Source: Thalassobaculaceae bacterium (GTDB taxonomy: Bacteria > Pseudomonadota > Alphaproteobacteria > Thalassobaculales > Thalassobaculaceae). Taken from it: DNA of 64,000 nucleotides. The notes beneath the pieces are model-generated. The model made no database searches. It saw nothing but the letters and a program-made list of their open reading frames with translations, and was not told where the DNA came from. Shown in pieces: positions 9,003 to 18,172 of the stretch (positions are counted from its first letter, which is position 1; every line of letters starts with the position of its first letter). A program made the translations under genes and the position numbers. The stretch is from assembly GCA_965228875.1 (NCBI GenBank), contig OZ245843.1, forward strand, positions 3,144,616-3,208,615, given 5' to 3'.

Positions 9003-12000
9003 ATGGATCAGATCGACGGGACACTCTCGCTCAGTGCCACTGACTTGGTCGGGCACCTCAATTGCAAGTATCTGAGCGAACAGGATTTCGCAGTAGCCAC
9101 CGGAAATCTGGAGAAGCCGAAAACGTGGGATCCCCTGCTTCAGCTGCTATGGGAGCGCGGCGCCCAGCATGAGCAAGCCTTCGTCGACCACCTCCGATCA
9201 AGCGGGTTTGAAGTCACGCAGGTCGACGGGGTCGGGATTACTCCAGACACGGTCGCACGAACAAACGAAGCCATGACCCAAGGCGCGGAAATCATCGTTC
9301 AAGGTGCGTTCCGTAGAGGCCAATGGGTGGGTCGGACCGACGTCTTGCGGCGCATCGACCAGCCAAGCGAACTCGGCGATTGGTCTTACGAAATTATCGA
9401 CACCAAGCTCGCCCGAGAGACGAAGGGAGGCACTATCCTCCAGCTTTGCCTCTATGCGGACCTCGTCGGGGCAGTTCAAGGGGAGCGGCCGGAATTCTGC
9501 TACGTGGTCGCGCCCTGGTCCGACTATGAGCCGGTGCGGTTTCGCATGGATGACTACTCGGCCTACTACAGGCGGGTCCGTGGCAGCCTCGAGAGGTTCG
9601 TTAGCGAACACGATCAAGGCTCAGAGTATCCAGAACCAAAACAGCACTGTGACATCTGCCGCTGGCAAGATGGCTGCGAAGCGAAGAGGCGTGCGGACGA
9701 CCACCTTTGCCTAGTGGCTGGTATCTCGAAGGTCCAGATTGGTGAGTTGCGGACGCATGGTATCAGCACGACTACCAACCTTTCTGAGATGCCGATCCCG
9801 CTGACATGGAAGCCCAACCGTGGCTCGGCCTCTGCTATCGAACGAGTCCGAGAACAGGCGCGTGTCCAGATAGCGGGTCGAACTTCAGGCAAGCCACTGT
9901 ATGAGCTTCTGCCCATCGTCGAAGGGCTGGGACTATCGGTACTACCAGAGCCGTCTCAAGGCGACGTGTTCTTCGACCTAGAGGGCGATCCGTTCGCCGG
10001 TGACGGCGGACTGGAATACCTATTCGGCTACGCATACGCCGAAGACACTGGGGTTCTCACTCACATAGGGGAGTGGTCGACTTCCCGGGCCGATGAGCGT
10101 CAGGCTTATGAGAACTTCGTGGATTTCATCCAGACAAGTCTCGAAGAGTTCCCGACCCTGCACATCTATCATTTCGCACCCTATGAGCCCGCTGCGCTGA
10201 AGCGACTGATGGGGCGGTACGCTAGCCGAGAAGAGGCCATCGATGGATTTCTGAGGTCGAAGCTTTTCGTGGACTTGTACGGCGTTGTCCGCAACAGCGT
10301 CCGAGCCAGCGTAGAGAGCTACTCAATCAAAAAGCTCGAGCCATTCTACGACTTCAGACGTTCTGTCCCACTACGAGATGCGAACATGGCGCTGGCGAAA
10401 GTTCAGGTGGGCCTCGAACTTGGGGATACCTCGCTCTTGGACCCCACAGTTCGCGATGCTGTTCAGAGGTATAACCGGGACGACTGCCTATCCACCGCAG
10501 CGTTGAGAAACTGGCTAGAGGCACTTCGTGCGCAAGCCGTCGAGGATGGGACTTCGATCGACCGTCCAGTTGAGCAGGATGCCGCGCCGAGTGAAGCGGT
10601 CAGCGACTGGCAGGAGAAGATCGAGGCACTGGTCAGTCAATTGACCTCGGACGTCCCGATTGATCCAGGAGAGCGAAACTCGGAGCAGCACGCCCGCTGG
10701 CTCCTCGCTTACACCCTCGACTGGCATCGACGAGAAGCCAAGGCGTCCTGGTGGGAGCACTTCCGGCTCGCCGATCTGTCAGCCGACGATTTGCTCGATG
10801 AGCGGACTGGACTCAGCGGGCTGGAGTTCCTCGAGGCGTCCGGCGGCACTGCGCGCGCGCCCATCCACCGGTACCAATTTGTAGCGCAGGAAACAGACAT
10901 GAGAGGGGGAGAGAACCTGCGTAGTCAGGGGGGCGAACAATTAGGTCAGGTCCAGGCGATCTCTCTCGAAGATCGATGGGTGGAAATCAAGAAGCGCCAG
11001 AACACCGCCGATCTCCACCCTGAGGCTGTCTACTCTCACACGATAGTGCCAACTAAGGTCCTTGCTGAGTCCCTAGTGCGGCTCGGCGAGCACGTCGCCG
11101 GTTACGGGATCGAGGGAGAAGGCCCGTACGAACCAGCGCGCAGCCTGCTCATGAGGTCGGCTCCCCGGATCGCGGAAAGCCGATTATTGACGTGGGCGAA
11201 ACGACACTCGACGCGGCCCTGCGCCTGGCTATCTCACTCGAGGGCGGAGTCCTCCCTATCCAGGGCCCTCCTGGAGCAGGCAAAACATTCACCGGCGCCA
11301 GAATGATTTGCCGTCTAGTACAAGCCGGGAAGACCGTCGGGATCACCGCGAACAGCCACAAGGTCATTCGGAATCTGCTCGATGAAGTCGTAGTTGCCAG
11401 CGAGCAGACGGGCGTGAACGTTCGTTGCTTTCAGAAGGTCTCGGAACCTGAGGCGGATCAGCCACGGCTTCAATTCACGCAGGACAACGCCGAGCTCTTG
11501 GGCGCTATCGGCGCGACTGCGAACGTCGCAGCGGGCACGGCTTGGCTATGGGCCCGGCCCGATGCCGCCAGGGCAGTTGATGTGCTGTTCATCGATGAAG
11601 CGGCTCAAATGTCGCTTGCGAACGTGCTGGCAGTCTCACAGGCTGCCAAGAGCGTCGTCCTGCTCGGTGATCCCCAACAACTCGACCAACCTATACAGGG
11701 CAGCCACCCAGAAGGAACTGATGTGTCGTCGCTCCACCACGTACTGGGGGGTGACCAGACGGTCGCCAGCGACCGCGGTCTTTTTCTGGGAGAAACATGG
11801 CGCCTTCATCCCAGCATCACTGAGTTTACGTCGGAGGTGTTCTACGACGGACGCCTGCGGTCACGCCCGGGGCTCGAGGTACAAAGCATCATATCGGAAA
11901 GCCGTGTCAGCGGATCAGGACTGAAATATCTGCCGGTTCAGCATGAGGGCAACCAGAGCTCCTCACCGGAAGAAGCTGTCTGCGTCGGCGAACTCGTCCA

Positions 12001-12400
12001 AGAGATCCTTTCCGTAAACACCAGATGGTTTGACCGTGAAGGCCAAGAGCGCGAAATCGGGCTGGAGGATATCCTGATCATCGCACCTTACAACGCCCAG
12101 GTTTTCGAGTTGCAGGACCGCATTCCCGGTGCCCGGATCGGCACTGTGGACAAGTTCCAAGGTCAGGAAGCCCCGATCGTCATCTACTCCATGACAACTT
12201 CTAGCTACGCCGATGCTCCTAGAGGGATGGAGTTCTTGTACAGCCTGAATAGGCTAAACGTGGCTACGTCCCGAGCCAAATGCGTCTGCATCCTGGTCGC
12301 ATCGCCCACAGTGTTTGAAGCTCAGTGCCGAACGCCACGACAGATGCAGTTGGCAAATGCGTTCTGCCGCTATCTAGAAATGGCAGATACGTTGCAATAG
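9003..12400 (+). pseudogene. TM0106-family RecB-like nuclease / RNase H-like / SF1 helicase, split by a 1-nt frameshift near 11,175
   Basis: ORF 8982-11306 has LSATDL, YEIIDTKLAR...QLCLY, FFDLEGDP, SYSIKKLE, YNRDD. ORF 11192-12400 has QGPPGAGKT, FIDEAAQ, LLGDPQQL, GTVDKFQGQEA, NRLNVATSRA. One extra G in GCGGAAAG restores a single frame, so this may be a sequencing error. Confidence 0.85.
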
Positions 12401-12443
12401 CCGCTCCTCCTGCGAAGCGTGGCAGCTGATCCATGGTCGAGCC

Positions 12444-12626
12444 CAGTGTGTGCACCTGGAGTTCGCTCCCAATCAAGTTCGCCCATGCAGCGTCCACCAC
12501 ATACCGGTGATGGGTGAACAGCAGCACCTGAGTATGGCGTCCGAGCTCCGCGAGCGACCTGATACCCGATGCCGCGCGGTCATCGTCGCTGGTGATGAAT
12601 AGATCGTCGGCGACGAATGGCAGGGG
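12444..12626 (-). pseudogene. 3'-end remnant of a YhaN-family ATPase gene (diverged duplicate of 18393-18575)
   Basis: Translates PLPFVADDLFITSDDDRAASGIRSLAELGRHTQVLLFTHHRYVVDAAWANLIGSELQVHTL; 48/61 aa identical by manual alignment to the C-terminus of the gene at 18342-21920. Confidence 0.9.
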
Positions 12627-12628
12627 TC

Positions 12629-12967
12629 CAGAACGCCGTAACCATCGGCGGCGACATCCACCAGTTCTGGGTCAGCGACGTCAAAAATGACTTTGACGAC
12701 CCCGCGAGCCCGGTGGTCGCGACGGAATTCGTCGGGAGTTCGATCTCATCCAGCAGCGGCTCGTGGGCGGAGAAGTTCCTGCCTGCCAACCCACAAATTC
12801 AGTTCCACGACTGGCGTCACCGCGGGTATGGGTGAGCCGAGGTGACACACTCTGGAATGAAGATGGAACTGGTGGCGATGGACAGCGTCGCGGATCCGAA
12901 CGCCGGAGCCAGGGTGCTGATGAGCTATGTGGTCGAGGCTGGGCAGGAGCGGGCGAAGAAGGCGTAG
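12629..12967 (+). pseudogene. phoD: PhoD-type alkaline phosphatase C-terminal remnant with internal stop
   Basis: NAVTIGGDIHQFWVSDVKNDFDDPASPVVATEFVGSSISS...NPQIQFHDWRHRGYG*AEVT...SYVVEAG; matches PhoD GDxH/EFVGxSISS/RGY motifs; TGA at 12833-12835; no 5' part. Confidence 0.8.
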
Positions 12968-13119
12968 TGATGGCCACGAGCATCCGAACTGGCGCCTATG
13001 GAGACTGCACATGCCCGGGCCAAGGACCTCGGCCGGATAGCCGACGTACTCCCCGCCGAAGCGGTCTCGCCCAGCGGACCGACTCTTGCTGACCTGACCA
13101 GAGAATGCACGCGCCCCAA

Positions 13120-13190
13120 CTGACAATTGATAATTGTACAACCTTACAATTCTAGTATCATGAGAATACCATAAATGATGGAGATTTATC
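13120..13190 (+). promoter_or_regulatory. AT-rich putative promoter and RBS of the small ORF-arginase-rSAM-JmjC operon
   Basis: Candidate TTGTAC-N16-TATCAT (13134-13161); palindrome ACAATT-GAT-AATTGT (13123-13137); GGAG at 13180-13183 before ATG 13191. Confidence 0.45.
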
Positions 13191-13367
13191 ATGGCCTCCG
13201 AAAGTGAAACCAGCCTAGACCGGACCTACGCCGCTTTCGCCAAGCGCCACTCGCGGCCGAACCCGTTCGGAACCGATGGCGAGCAACGCCTGACGGAGAT
13301 CCTTCGGGAGCGCGGACTGTTCAAGATGGCCGACACACCCGATACCCGGGTGGAAGATCGGACCTGA
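13191..13367 (+). CDS. 58-aa Arg-rich small protein; candidate RiPP precursor or detached N-terminal (RRE-like) module of the arginase
   Basis: Below the ORF-track cut-off. MASESETSLDRTYAAFAKRHSRPNPFGTDGEQRLTEILRERGLFKMADTPDTRVEDRT; good RBS; 8 Arg, no Cys; in frame with the downstream arginase. Confidence 0.7.
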   Translation: MASESETSLDRTYAAFAKRHSRPNPFGTDGEQRLTEILRERGLFKMADTPDTRVEDRT

Positions 13368-13373
13368 GCGATC

Positions 13374-14321
13374 GTGATCTACGAGGTCTGCAACGGCCTT
13401 CTGTCGCTACCTCATGTTGGTCTCCAGGACCTCCCGGAAGCCGAGAAGGGTGGCATCGTCCTTCTCGGCGTTCCGATTGATGTCGGTACGGTCACGGTGC
13501 CCGGCTCCCGGTTCCTACCTTCCTACGCTCGTGAGTTCGGCAGGCAACACCAATGGCTTACCGACAATGGGGTCCTGTTTGGACTGTTTTCCCCCAGTAC
13601 ACAGACGTTCCGGTACAGAGGATCCCCGATCTTCGATCTCGGCGACGCGATATCGGTGCGGGACTCAGTTATGCATACCAAGGAGGAGATCTACGCTCGC
13701 GTTGAGGCAATTGGCCGATCCCTCAGCAACCAAGAAAGGCGTCCGATTTCTATCGGTGGCGATCACGCGATCACGGTTCCCCTTCTACGGGGACTGCTGG
13801 CCCGTCCGGCGCAGGTAGTCGTGTTCGACGCCCATGTCGATTTTGAAACCCTGCTCGATGCCGATGGCCTCGACTACAAGATCCTCTGCCACAACAACAT
13901 CCTCAACTTTCTTACCTATGCAGCGAACGTTGACCGGGTGATCTGCGTCGGGGCGCGGGAAAGCGGGATCGCGGTCCTCGAAGGCTCGCGTGTCACGGTG
14001 ATCGCACCCGATGGAGATCCGATCGGCGCGCTCGGCGCCATCTTGGAACATGCCGGACATCCCCGCGAAGCCTACGTTTCGTTCGATGTCGACGTCCTGG
14101 ATCCCAGCTTCATCGCGTCGGTCGGCGCCCCCTCGCCCGGAGGCCTCGCGCCCGCGGATGTTCATCATGCTTTCGAAGCAATCGGACGGCACTGCAGGAT
14201 TGTCGGGGCTGACATTGTCGAGTTCTGCGTGGATCGGGCCACCAGACGCGATGAATATCTCGTCGTCGAGGACATTCTCATACGACTCTTGCTGACCATG
14301 CACGCATCCAAGGGTGGGTGA
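13374..14321 (+). CDS. Arginase/agmatinase (ureohydrolase) family protein, possible peptide arginase
   Basis: GGDHAIT, VVFDAHVD, YVSFDVDVLDP, GAPSPGGL, GADIVEF; the Mn-ligand motifs are intact. Confidence 0.9.
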   Translation: MIYEVCNGLLSLPHVGLQDLPEAEKGGIVLLGVPIDVGTVTVPGSRFLPSYAREFGRQHQWLTDNGVLFGLFSPSTQTFRYRGSPIFDLGDAISVRDSVMHTKEEIYARVEAIGRSLSNQERRPISIGGDHAITVPLLRGLLARPAQVVVFDAHVDFETLLDADGLDYKILCHNNILNFLTYAANVDRVICVGARESGIAVLEGSRVTVIAPDGDPIGALGAILEHAGHPREAYVSFDVDVLDPSFIASVGAPSPGGLAPADVHHAFEAIGRHCRIVGADIVEFCVDRATRRDEYLVVEDILIRLLLTMHASKGG

Positions 14322-14322
14322 C

Positions 14323-15825
14323 ATGGCGCTTCCTCAGTCATTATCCTCACGATGCCAAGTCATTTGGCACAGTGAATCATCAGAACCCGGCGGATTTATT
14401 TGCGATGACGGAGTGTTCCTCTTAACCTTTATCGAGGGTCGGACCGGCAGCTACGTCTACCTTCCGGTGACGGACCGCCTCGTGGAGCTTGGCGAGCCCT
14501 GCGAGCGCACTCTCGAGAGCCTGATTGAGAACATGGGCGAGCCGCGCCTTGACGGCGGATGGCGCTTTCCCAGCCTCACGCACCCGCATTCAATCTCGCC
14601 GACGATTCTATCGTTCAACCTTTCCGAACAATGCAACCTGAGATGCACGTACTGCTATTACAATGGGCACTACGCTGGAAATCGTGTGCACAATAGCTCA
14701 AGAATCCAATGGGACGAAATAAAGGACTCGGTGGATTCGATCTTCTTTCGAGGCACGCAACCTCAGGCGGTTTATTTTTTCGGCGGCGAACCCCTTCTGA
14801 ACAAGAAGGCGCTCTACGGCATCGCCGATTTCGTTCGAGCGTGCTCGCCCCACACACAGTTGCAGATAGCAACCAATGGACTGCTGATTGACGACTCCTT
14901 GATCGCGTTCTGTGAGGCGAATTCGATCTACATGAACATCTCCTATGACGGGCCGTCGCACGATCGGTTCCGGATCTACCGCAACGGCAATGGCTCGGAA
15001 GCCCGAGTCCGAGAAATCGTTCAGGCGATCGCCGCCGAAAAGCCAAGCTACTTCAGAGACTACGTCGGCCTGAGTGCAGTCGTACCGTATCAGACATCCT
15101 TGCCAGACCTGATTGCATTCTACGAAGGTTTTCCGGCCGCGAGGCAAGCATTGTATCTAGACTTTGACTTAATCCTTCCTGATCAGGACATCTCAGACGT
15201 AGACCGGGGCTTGTATTTAGCGCTGATCGACGCCCTCTGGGATCGGCTGATCGAAGTGTGGGACCGGGAGGACGACGACCTGGAGCGCCGGATCGTCTTA
15301 GGTTTCAACTGCATCCACAAACCGCTTTGGAGAGCGGCGATCCGGCGCGCGACCAGGCCGGAACCGGACGGCACGCTCCACACCTTTCTCGGCGCCGAAA
15401 GAGCACCAGCCTTCAACGTCATGCTGGTTCGTGCCGATGGCTCCATAAATGCGCATTATGAATTCCAATCAGAGGCGTATGCGATCGGTAACATCCGCAG
15501 CGGCCTCGATCGCCATCGGGTCGAAGACCTGTCACGCCTGTTCGAGACGGTCGCCCAGGATGCGGGATGTCGCACCTGTTGGGCGGCGCCGCTTTGTTCA
15601 ATCGATTTCAATGAGTTGGACATAGCTTCATCCGTCAATAATCCATCGGGCTTTGGCAGGAAAATGGTTGCGCGATGTGGCTATGAGCGAACGAGTCTGT
15701 CGCGCGCTATAGCGGCCCTTCAGCGTCTTGCGGAACTGCACGGTGAAACCGCCGTCACGTCCCGAGTTCTGGACGAGGCACGGATTGTGGAAGCGAGGTC
15801 TAATCGTCATGACGACACGGTATGA
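14323..15825 (+). CDS. Radical SAM enzyme with N-terminal extension and degenerate SPASM domain (peptide-maturase type)
   Basis: CNLRCTYC (CX3CX2C), FFGGEPLL, ATNGLL, ISYDG..HDRFR; C-terminal ADGSINAH...IGNI...CRTCWAAPLC...RC; starts 1 nt after the arginase stop. Confidence 0.9.
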   Translation: MALPQSLSSRCQVIWHSESSEPGGFICDDGVFLLTFIEGRTGSYVYLPVTDRLVELGEPCERTLESLIENMGEPRLDGGWRFPSLTHPHSISPTILSFNLSEQCNLRCTYCYYNGHYAGNRVHNSSRIQWDEIKDSVDSIFFRGTQPQAVYFFGGEPLLNKKALYGIADFVRACSPHTQLQIATNGLLIDDSLIAFCEANSIYMNISYDGPSHDRFRIYRNGNGSEARVREIVQAIAAEKPSYFRDYVGLSAVVPYQTSLPDLIAFYEGFPAARQALYLDFDLILPDQDISDVDRGLYLALIDALWDRLIEVWDREDDDLERRIVLGFNCIHKPLWRAAIRRATRPEPDGTLHTFLGAERAPAFNVMLVRADGSINAHYEFQSEAYAIGNIRSGLDRHRVEDLSRLFETVAQDAGCRTCWAAPLCSIDFNELDIASSVNNPSGFGRKMVARCGYERTSLSRAIAALQRLAELHGETAVTSRVLDEARIVEARSNRHDDTV

Positions 15826-16612
15826 AACAGCCGAGGTAAGTGAAAATGATCCCGACGCGGTCACAAAATCGATGACCGGTCAGTTTGGCCACCCTGTCGT
15901 CGTGCGGAGCTACAGTGCGCCCCACCCTAAAATGAACAGTAAGATATTCGATCTTTTCAAAGACGACATCGTGTCTGTTCTTGAGTCGCCCGGCTCCGGA
16001 ACAACTAAGCAGGTCGCTTTCAGAGACTTTTTTGAAAACGCTCGAAATTACCGTCTCGATAATCCTGGTGTCCGCGAATACATGATTATGTGGCAACCTC
16101 GGAACGTCATGGGCATATGTGAAAAGGTCCGTTATCCATCATTCATGCGCGGGAATGTCCTTGATTATTTCACTGGCAAGGCCCGCCGAATCATGGACAT
16201 GGCGAGCAACTGGATATTTATCGGCGGCGGAGGATGCTATTCTAATCTACACTATGATCACGACTACGTTCACACATTTCTATACCAGCAGAATGGGAAT
16301 AAAGAAGTCATTCTCATCGACCCGATCGAGTGGAAATCGGTGGAAAAGAACCAGATTGCTCTCGAAAATCAGTGCATATCATCACTTGATTGGTTCAACG
16401 ACTCTAGCTTGATACCTTGCGACTATCGCAGGGTAACACTTCGGCCGGGGGATTTGATCTTTATTCCAGGGTGCTGGTACCACACTACTCGCTGCCTTGA
16501 CTTCAACATAACCATTAGTCGCGATTATGTGAACTCGATGAACTTCGAGATGTGGGTCACCTCGGTCGTTAATGGCAAGCAATATGCTGAGGTGTTTGGG
16601 CGAGAGCAATAA
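15809..16612 (+). CDS. JmjC / cupin-8 Fe(II)/2-oxoglutarate oxygenase
   Basis: WIFIGGGGCYSNLHYD (HxD), QQNGNKEVIL, LRPGDLIFIPGCWYH; overlaps the rSAM 3' end by 17 nt; low GC (about 47% in one spot count). Confidence 0.88.
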   Translation: MTTRYETAEVSENDPDAVTKSMTGQFGHPVVVRSYSAPHPKMNSKIFDLFKDDIVSVLESPGSGTTKQVAFRDFFENARNYRLDNPGVREYMIMWQPRNVMGICEKVRYPSFMRGNVLDYFTGKARRIMDMASNWIFIGGGGCYSNLHYDHDYVHTFLYQQNGNKEVILIDPIEWKSVEKNQIALENQCISSLDWFNDSSLIPCDYRRVTLRPGDLIFIPGCWYHTTRCLDFNITISRDYVNSMNFEMWVTSVVNGKQYAEVFGREQ

Positions 16613-16799
16613 TCCGCGAGCGGTCTACGTCATTGCGCCGTGAGACTGCGCGGAGGGCGTCGGCGACCGCGAGCCATTGTCAATCTCCACGGTCCCTCCT
16701 TAAGACCGATCTGACCAGCCGACGATCAGCACGCGAGTCTCCTCGAGGAGATCAGAGCGCGGTCTCGGTGGTCAGAGCCCGCTCATCGGCCCAAGGCCG

Positions 16800-16983
16800 A
16801 CCTCAATCAATCTATCCGCCACCACGCCGATCCGGACCGCGGTGATATCCCGCACCAGTGCCGCCCCACGAGGTCCCGTTCTCGAAGCATCGTCGCCACC
16901 GCAACGACCTTGGCACCCGCAGCCTCTCCGGCCCGCAGATCCGCCGGGGCGTCTTCAAAGACGAGGCATTCCGACGCCGATAC
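16800..16983 (-). pseudogene. HAD-family sugar-phosphatase C-terminal remnant interrupted by the IS
   Basis: VSASECLVFEDAPADLRAGEAAGAKVVAV; removing the IS joins it to AAGRALR from 18221-18245. Left boundary approximate. Confidence 0.65.
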
Positions 16984-17065
16984 TGATGTGCCTCCGCGAA
17001 ACGCCCTCGAATTTGGTTAGAGTTTTCCGGGTCTGATTCCTTGGCTGGAAGAGGAGCGGGAGACG

Positions 17066-17332
17066 ATGAAGGCATCGAGATTCACGGACGCGCAGAAGGC
17101 GTTCATCATCAAGCAGGGCGAGGACGGAACGCCAGTGGCAGAAGTTTGCCGTCAGGCTGGGATCAGCCAGGCGACGTATTTCAATTGGAAGAAGAAGTAC
17201 GCAGGCATGATGCCGTCGGAGATGCGGCGGATGCGCGAGCTTGAGCATGAGAACGCTCGGCTGAAGAAGATCGTTGCCGACTTGTCGCTCGACAAGGAGA
17301 TGCTGCAGGACGTCATCAAACGAAAGCTCTGA
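17066..17332 (+). CDS. IS3-family transposase OrfA (HTH)
   Basis: MKASRFTDAQKAFIIKQ...VAEVCRQAGISQATYFNWKKKY...LEHENARLKKIVADL. Confidence 0.95.
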   Translation: MKASRFTDAQKAFIIKQGEDGTPVAEVCRQAGISQATYFNWKKKYAGMMPSEMRRMRELEHENARLKKIVADLSLDKEMLQDVIKRKL

Positions 17333-17364
17333 GGCCTGGTCGGAAGAGAACGCTGGTCGATGCG

Positions 17365-18162
17365 ATGCGATCGGAGTGGGCGGTCTCGATCCGCCGCGCC
17401 TGCGCGGCGATCCTGCTCGATCCCAAGACCTACCGATACACCTCGCGTCGACCCGACCAGGCCGCTTTGGAACAGCGGATCAGGGAGATCTGTCAGACCC
17501 GTGTGCGCTTCGGCTACCGACGGGTCCATGTCCTTCTCACGCGGGAGGGTTGGACGATCAACATGAAGAAGACCTACCGCGTTTACAGGGAGTTGGGCAT
17601 GCAGCTGCGCAACAAGACGCCGAAGCGGCGGGTCAAGGCCAAGCTGCGTGACGACCGTACCGAAGCCGTTGGCTCCAACGATGTCTGGGCAATGGACTTC
17701 GTGCACGATCAGCTGGCAACGGGCCGCAAGATCCGCGTGCTGACGATCGTCGATACCTACTCGCGCTATGTCCCGGTGCTTGATCCGCGGTTCAGCTACC
17801 GGGGCGAAGACGTGGTCGCAACACTGGAACGGGTCTGCGGTCAGATCGGCTATCCGAAGACGATCCGGGTGGACCAGGGCTCAGAGTTCATCTCCCGCGA
17901 CATGGACCTGTGGGCCTACCGGCGGGGCGTCACACTCGACTTCTCACGCCCTGGAAAGCCCACCGACAACGCCTTCATCGAGGCGTTCAACGGCCGTCTG
18001 CGGGCGGAATGTCTGAACGCCCACTGGTTCCTGAGCCTTGCCGATGCGGCGGAAAAGTTGGAGGCTTGGCGTAGAGACTACAACGAACAGCGACCGCACA
18101 GCGCAATCGGGAACAAGGTCCCGGCAGCGCTCATGAAATCAGCACACGTAACCAGCCCGTGA
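17365..18162 (+). CDS. IS3-family transposase OrfB (DDE integrase core), -1 frame relative to OrfA
   Basis: FGYRRVH, WAMDF, IRVDQGSEF, PGKPTDNAFIEAFNGRLRAECLN, YNEQRPHS. Confidence 0.95.
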   Translation: MRSEWAVSIRRACAAILLDPKTYRYTSRRPDQAALEQRIREICQTRVRFGYRRVHVLLTREGWTINMKKTYRVYRELGMQLRNKTPKRRVKAKLRDDRTEAVGSNDVWAMDFVHDQLATGRKIRVLTIVDTYSRYVPVLDPRFSYRGEDVVATLERVCGQIGYPKTIRVDQGSEFISRDMDLWAYRRGVTLDFSRPGKPTDNAFIEAFNGRLRAECLNAHWFLSLADAAEKLEAWRRDYNEQRPHSAIGNKVPAALMKSAHVTSP

Positions 18163-18172
18163 TGCTGACCGA

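Noticed and set aside
13374..14321. Housekeeping agmatinase speB
   Set aside because: Divergent sequence, island location and coupling to rSAM/JmjC genes; no polyamine genes adjacent, so no symbol was assigned.
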